Shown here piece by piece: positions 44,389 through 48,663 of a stretch of 48,663 bases of DNA (its first letter is position 1; the number at the start of each line of letters is the position of its first letter). The DNA lies in assembly GCA_031375925.1 (NCBI GenBank), contig JANMIS010000669.1, positions 1 through 48,663 on the forward strand, given 5' to 3'. A program made the position numbers and the translations under genes. The notes under the pieces are model-generated. The model was given only the letters and a program-made list of their open reading frames with translations. It made no database searches and had not been told where the DNA came from. The DNA comes from Synechococcales cyanobacterium OTE_70_concoct_197_sub (GTDB lineage: Bacteria > Cyanobacteriota > Cyanobacteriia > Leptolyngbyales > Leptolyngbyaceae).

Positions 44389-45662
44389 TCAACACTCCTT
44401 CCGCGCCGACGTGGTTCATTCGATCGTCGTTGGTTCGGGATTCTAACAGGGGTTCGAGCGGGGTCAATCATCGCGACTTTGCCGATCGCCCTCCCTACTG
44501 CCTGAGTTGCGCCGGATTCCTCCATTATACGATCGGCCTCTTGCTTAGCAATACGTCGTTCCGCCATGGTCGAGGGTCCGCTGTACTTCGCCCCAATACG
44601 ATCGGCTTCTGAGAACAGATCTTTTAAGGGCTTGGCTGAGGCGATCGGGGTTGGAGCAGTCATTTCCCGGACGCGCATGTCATAAACACGCTTTTTGTAG
44701 GCCGCTTCTTCGATCGCCGCTCTTTCAATATCCTTGTTTGCAGACTCTTCGCTGACGTGCAGGACGCTTGCGGGATACTTGCGATCGTAAATACTATTTT
44801 TCCTCTCTTCCCGAACCCTTCTTGCCTGGTCAGGATTAAGCGTTGTGGGGCGTAGTGTAACCGTCTTTTTGTCTTTAGACCAGCTCACAACTGTTCGTTT
44901 TTGCTTTGAACCTCCGTCCCATGTTCCCGAAAGCCAAACGTCTTGCCCTTTCTCAACAACCGTCCCATCGCTCATTGCGGGCTTTTTAGGATCGGTTTTT
45001 GGCGCATCGATCGGCTTAGGCTTCACCATATCCATCGCCGCTGTACTATCGGGTTTCTGCTTCCAGTCCCCCGTAGTCTTGCCCCAGTTCACATAAGCGC
45101 GGTTTTCTTCCTTGGCCATCATCCGTGCCGCACGATCGGGGTTCAACGTGCGGTTATTATTCGGCCCTGTCCTGGATGCCCGAATGCTCGATTGCTGTTC
45201 ATTGCCCGGTGCGAAAGCTGCACCGATGTCCCATTGACCGTTTTTCATCTTGCCATCACGCGATCGGATGGCGGTCATCTTTTTGCGGCTTCGGATGCGA
45301 TCGGCTAAGTCTGCGCTACTGACCTTCCCTGATGAGTTCAGCTTGCCATCCGTGTAGTGGGATTTGCATTTCTTTTCAGGTGAGATCCATCCGCCGCCGC
45401 ATTTCTTCCCCAGCTTCTTGCCAAGGCGAGAGAGGGTTTTCTGTGCGTCGAGGTGCCAACCGTAACGGGAGTTTAGAGATTCGATCGCACGGGTATAACG
45501 GGTGATTTCTGTGGAGTCGAGGTGATAGGTTCGTTCAAGCTGTGCGATCGTGAATGAGTCCGATCGTAACGTCACCTCACCCGCATCAACGATCGCCTTG
45601 AACTGATCAAGCAGCGCGTCTTTTTGCGTTGCCGAAAATGTCGATCGTGCTAATTTCTGCAT
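44385..45662 (-). CDS. Basic protein with a YGWHLD module and a CxxGWx6C motif (425 aa)
   Basis: RAIESLNSRYGWHLDAQKTLSRLGKKLGKKCGGGWISPEKKC (Cys motif at 45366-45401). The ATG lies 56 nt inside the upstream gene. Confidence 0.65.
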   Translation of the reverse strand: MQKLARSTFSATQKDALLDQFKAIVDAGEVTLRSDSFTIAQLERTYHLDSTEITRYTRAIESLNSRYGWHLDAQKTLSRLGKKLGKKCGGGWISPEKKCKSHYTDGKLNSSGKVSSADLADRIRSRKKMTAIRSRDGKMKNGQWDIGAAFAPGNEQQSSIRASRTGPNNNRTLNPDRAARMMAKEENRAYVNWGKTTGDWKQKPDSTAAMDMVKPKPIDAPKTDPKKPAMSDGTVVEKGQDVWLSGTWDGGSKQKRTVVSWSKDKKTVTLRPTTLNPDQARRVREERKNSIYDRKYPASVLHVSEESANKDIERAAIEEAAYKKRVYDMRVREMTAPTPIASAKPLKDLFSEADRIGAKYSGPSTMAERRIAKQEADRIMEESGATQAVGRAIGKVAMIDPARTPVRIPNQRRSNEPRRRGRSVD

Positions 45663-48501
45663 ATAAATCCTTCTCTACTGATTTTTGTGATTCACCGTTC
45701 GACATCCGGGTAGCCGCTCGATTGATGGCATCGGACATTGGACCGGAGAGGTTCTTCATCTGGTCAAACTGCTTCAAGGTTCGATCGGCATTGCTGCTAA
45801 TCTCGCCTGATTTCGACTTATCGATCGTGTTCCCACCCCGAGCAAGCTCATCAGCCGCACGACCTCGTGAGACAGTCCCAAACAGGTTCTTTTCACGGGA
45901 TAAGCGCTGTTTAATTGAGGCCTGAAGCTTGGCCTTCTCGATCATGTTTGACTTAGTAACCATCTCCTCCCCAAAGAGTGAAAGTGTCATTTCCTGGGAA
46001 GTTTGTGACGACTTCGCAATATCGACCATTTCAGAAATCGCAGCATCCGTTAGGTTCTTCCGCTTACCCTCTTTGTCAACGAGCTTCATCAAGTCGCGCT
46101 GGGATGCGGCATCTAGGCCACTGCCACCAACGATCGCCGCCCTCGCCATTGGGATATCACCATCGATCGTCCGGCGAAACAATGAATCATCCAACTTCGA
46201 CAGCGCTAGACCGTCAGTGGCAATCTTCTCGCGCATGGGGATACCCTTAGCGCTCAGATCCTCCTTACTGATTCCGGTGTCTCGGAAGAATTTAGCTGCA
46301 TCGAGGGCATCACCGCGCCCTTCGGCAATATTCGTAAGCGCTCCGATCGCCCGTGCGGTCTTGGCATCCGGAGCCTTGAGATATCGCACCGCCACGGATT
46401 CAGCCCCCAGTTTTTTGCCAAGGTCAAGACGGTTGTGACCATTAACAACATAGGTTTTGCCGTCTGATGGATCTTTCCACACCTGCAAAATACCCGCCAA
46501 GTTTGGGTCATATTTGCGAACGCCTGCAAGACTGCCTACGCTTCCGGTTGCCGTATGTTCGCCGATGATTTTGTACTGGAAGCGCTTGGGGTCCACTTCG
46601 ATCGTGTTTGGGTCAAGTTCTGCCAGTCCCTCAGACTTGCCGGAGAGTGCGGAATTTTTAACCCGATCTCGCAAAACTCCAATCCGCTTATCAGCAAGTT
46701 CACTACGCTTACCCGTCGTCCGAGCCTTGATAGATGTCTTCGCCCGTTGTACTTGAAGATCGTCAGCACCCGATCGCTTGAGCTTTTTAAGCCGTTCTTG
46801 GGCACTCCCTACTGACCCATCCCGACACTCTTTAGTTAGTGGAATGCACACAGTCCCGCATTGCTGGGACTTTGGGGAACAGTTGTGCTTTTTTCTGGTC
46901 GATTTTGTCTTAGTCTTCCCACCGGAGATAGCACGATCGAAGTGAAGCCCGAATTTTGCCTCAATACGATCGACTGCTGCATTCCATCGATCGGAATCCC
47001 TACGCTTTCTGAACAGTGGAAGGTCGGTAACTTCCTCAATGCCGAATAGCTCACTCTGCGTTGTATTGACCTGTCGTTGAGCCGATTTCACGTTAGAGAC
47101 CCGAGCTTTCTGGGCTTCGCGTTGCCATGCAGGAACATCAGCCGATCGGCCCTCAGACTTTGCCCGTTGTGCCCCTTGTTCGTTGTAGGTGACGGCTTGT
47201 TTTCGATCGCCTGCGTTGAGCTGGGATGGAGCAATATCCTTGGGACTTAGCTCAGCCTTAGACTTAAAGGACTCAACGACATGCTGAGTGAAGGCTTTCA
47301 CATAGTCTTTGGCTGAGACGAACTCCCTTCTCTGGCTTCCTGTCGAACCAAAATAGATCTGCCGTGCAGCATAGTCGATAACTTCTGTGTCGTTGTCCTG
47401 AACGGCTTTTCTGAATGATTCTCTTCTCCGCAAGGATGGTCCATCGTCTCGATCGGCTCCAAAGCTCCCTACTCCAATGCCAAGGAAGGTATTTAGGTCG
47501 TTCTTCAGGATTTTCCGCCTTTCCTCTTTTACAGGTGATTTCTGTCTCTTCGCTTTCGTCGCAGCCGTTTTTCTCGTTGTCGTTGCTTTTTGCTCAGCCT
47601 CGATCCGATCGTCCAGTCCTACTAATTCTTTTTTTAGTGCATCACTCCCTTTGTCAACAAGTGCCCCTCTCCCACCGTTAATCCGCCGCTTATTCAACTC
47701 CGATCGCGCTTCAGAGTGAATTTTAGTCATCATCGGGACTAATTGTTTCGCTGTCTTCGACTTGCTTTGATTGCCAATAAAGTCTTGCAATGACATCCGA
47801 GCTAACGACACATCTCGATCGTCCTGCATCCCTTTACGTGCGCGGACTTTTGCTGCTAGTTCCCGTGCTGAACTAGCCCCCTCCGCCGTCAGCTTCCCGT
47901 CACTCGTCTTGTGGTTTGAGCATTGTTTTTCCGCCGCAATCCATCCGTTCTTACAGCGCTTGCCCGGACGACGACCGCCGATCTTTCGGAGGACTTGTTT
48001 GGCATCGAGGTGTAGGCCATATCGATCGTTTAGGCGATCGATCGCATCATTCCATCGGTCGGGAGTATCTATACCATCATTCCGTTTTAATTGTGCTATC
48101 CGGCGAGTCGCCAGTTCTAAAAGTTCGAGATCTACGTCTGTCGCTATATTATCCCCTGGGGAAACCTTCCCCTTTTTCAAGTCTTGAAACCGGACATAAT
48201 CGCGCTTCGCCCACGAAGGGACGCGGATTGTCCCTTCGTGGTCTTTAGGGTAATAGTCATTGGCAGCAGCATCTAACGCCCCAGCACTACGGAATTCTTC
48301 GACTAGCTGTTCGCTATGCCCACGTGCCCTCAGATAACCTTCGGCATTTATTAGGCCCTTTTGGACTCCTTCATCTAACTTCTTCGCTTTCGCGTAGTTG
48401 TCCGCGAATAGTTCAGCCGTCTTTTCCTGTGGCGTCTGTCTATTAGTAGATCCGATCGGCTGGTCGTAAGGCGATATCGGCACGATTGGGACTATCTTCA
48501 C
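45607..48501 (-). CDS. 964-aa multidomain (polyvalent-type) protein with a ParB/Srx-like domain
   Basis: ParB-like LDPNTIEVDPKRFQYK...GKTYVVNGHNRLDLGKKLG...VRYL (about 46297-46620). Two DRxxxxYGLH(L/F)D modules. CKNGWIAAEKQC at 47920-47955. GTG start at 48501. Confidence 0.7.
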   Translation of the reverse strand: MKIVPIVPISPYDQPIGSTNRQTPQEKTAELFADNYAKAKKLDEGVQKGLINAEGYLRARGHSEQLVEEFRSAGALDAAANDYYPKDHEGTIRVPSWAKRDYVRFQDLKKGKVSPGDNIATDVDLELLELATRRIAQLKRNDGIDTPDRWNDAIDRLNDRYGLHLDAKQVLRKIGGRRPGKRCKNGWIAAEKQCSNHKTSDGKLTAEGASSARELAAKVRARKGMQDDRDVSLARMSLQDFIGNQSKSKTAKQLVPMMTKIHSEARSELNKRRINGGRGALVDKGSDALKKELVGLDDRIEAEQKATTTRKTAATKAKRQKSPVKEERRKILKNDLNTFLGIGVGSFGADRDDGPSLRRRESFRKAVQDNDTEVIDYAARQIYFGSTGSQRREFVSAKDYVKAFTQHVVESFKSKAELSPKDIAPSQLNAGDRKQAVTYNEQGAQRAKSEGRSADVPAWQREAQKARVSNVKSAQRQVNTTQSELFGIEEVTDLPLFRKRRDSDRWNAAVDRIEAKFGLHFDRAISGGKTKTKSTRKKHNCSPKSQQCGTVCIPLTKECRDGSVGSAQERLKKLKRSGADDLQVQRAKTSIKARTTGKRSELADKRIGVLRDRVKNSALSGKSEGLAELDPNTIEVDPKRFQYKIIGEHTATGSVGSLAGVRKYDPNLAGILQVWKDPSDGKTYVVNGHNRLDLGKKLGAESVAVRYLKAPDAKTARAIGALTNIAEGRGDALDAAKFFRDTGISKEDLSAKGIPMREKIATDGLALSKLDDSLFRRTIDGDIPMARAAIVGGSGLDAASQRDLMKLVDKEGKRKNLTDAAISEMVDIAKSSQTSQEMTLSLFGEEMVTKSNMIEKAKLQASIKQRLSREKNLFGTVSRGRAADELARGGNTIDKSKSGEISSNADRTLKQFDQMKNLSGPMSDAINRAATRMSNGESQKSVEKDLYAEISTIDIFGNAKRRAA

Positions 48502-48663
48502 TCTAGGGTTTGACTTTCCATGATTGTCGATTGCATACTGCGCAGACAGCCTAGTTCCAATATGTTCTAGTTGGCCGTAATCCGCCTCTGATTTTTTGAC
48601 TCTCGAACCGAAGAATGAGATTTTCGTATCTTTCTCTCCTATTTTTTTTAAAGCATTTTTCCG

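Noticed and set aside
45607-48501. 964-aa protein as a tape-measure protein
   Set aside because: It contains a ParB-like globular domain, Cys loops and basic low-complexity linkers rather than a long uniform helical ruler. There are no tail-tube or chaperone genes around it.
48502-48663. Sigma70-like promoter (TTGGAA-17 nt-TATGCA) for the 964-aa gene at the window edge, read on the minus strand
   Set aside because: The -10 hexamer lacks the conserved final T and the internal A residues. This is too weak to call from sequence alone.

Overview
The window reads as a near-complete genome of a tailed dsDNA phage or prophage of a cyanobacterium. Almost all of it is tightly packed, translationally coupled ORFs, and the HIP1-core hexamer CGATCG occurs about once per 100 bp. 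Modules, in coordinate order: (1) a minus-strand tail and fibre block, 782-6542. (2) Small plus-strand genes, 6603-8608. (3) A switch-like region, 9240-10570, where a 220-aa regulator-like gene is flanked by seven copies of GTGAATGTTT and carries the two longest G/C homopolymers I saw in the window. (4) A plus-strand early operon, 10626-17534, ending in an SF2 (DExH) helicase. (5) A mixed block with a YkuD-like lipoprotein, a small RHH-like protein and an HNH-TM-SH3b fusion. (6) A roughly 240-bp imperfect palindrome, 21227-21469, in a divergent intergenic region. (7) An SNF2 helicase, followed by a decayed TnpB copy. (8) An XRE regulator divergent from the head module, 25987-31495, which is followed by fibre genes, a lysis-like cassette with an FHA-TM protein, the large terminase and the portal. 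(9) An intact TnpB (tnpB) element with an omega-RNA-like 3' hairpin, about 30 nt downstream of the portal gene. (10) A minus-strand block, 41127-48501, ending in a 964-aa ParB-domain protein. I found no integrase, DNA polymerase, tape-measure protein, CRISPR array, reverse transcriptase or complete tRNA. All functional calls rest on motifs read by eye and on gene order. No database search was run, so family names (DUF2213-, DUF2184-, DUF1073-, DUF551- and P63C-like) are recollections that need HMM confirmation.
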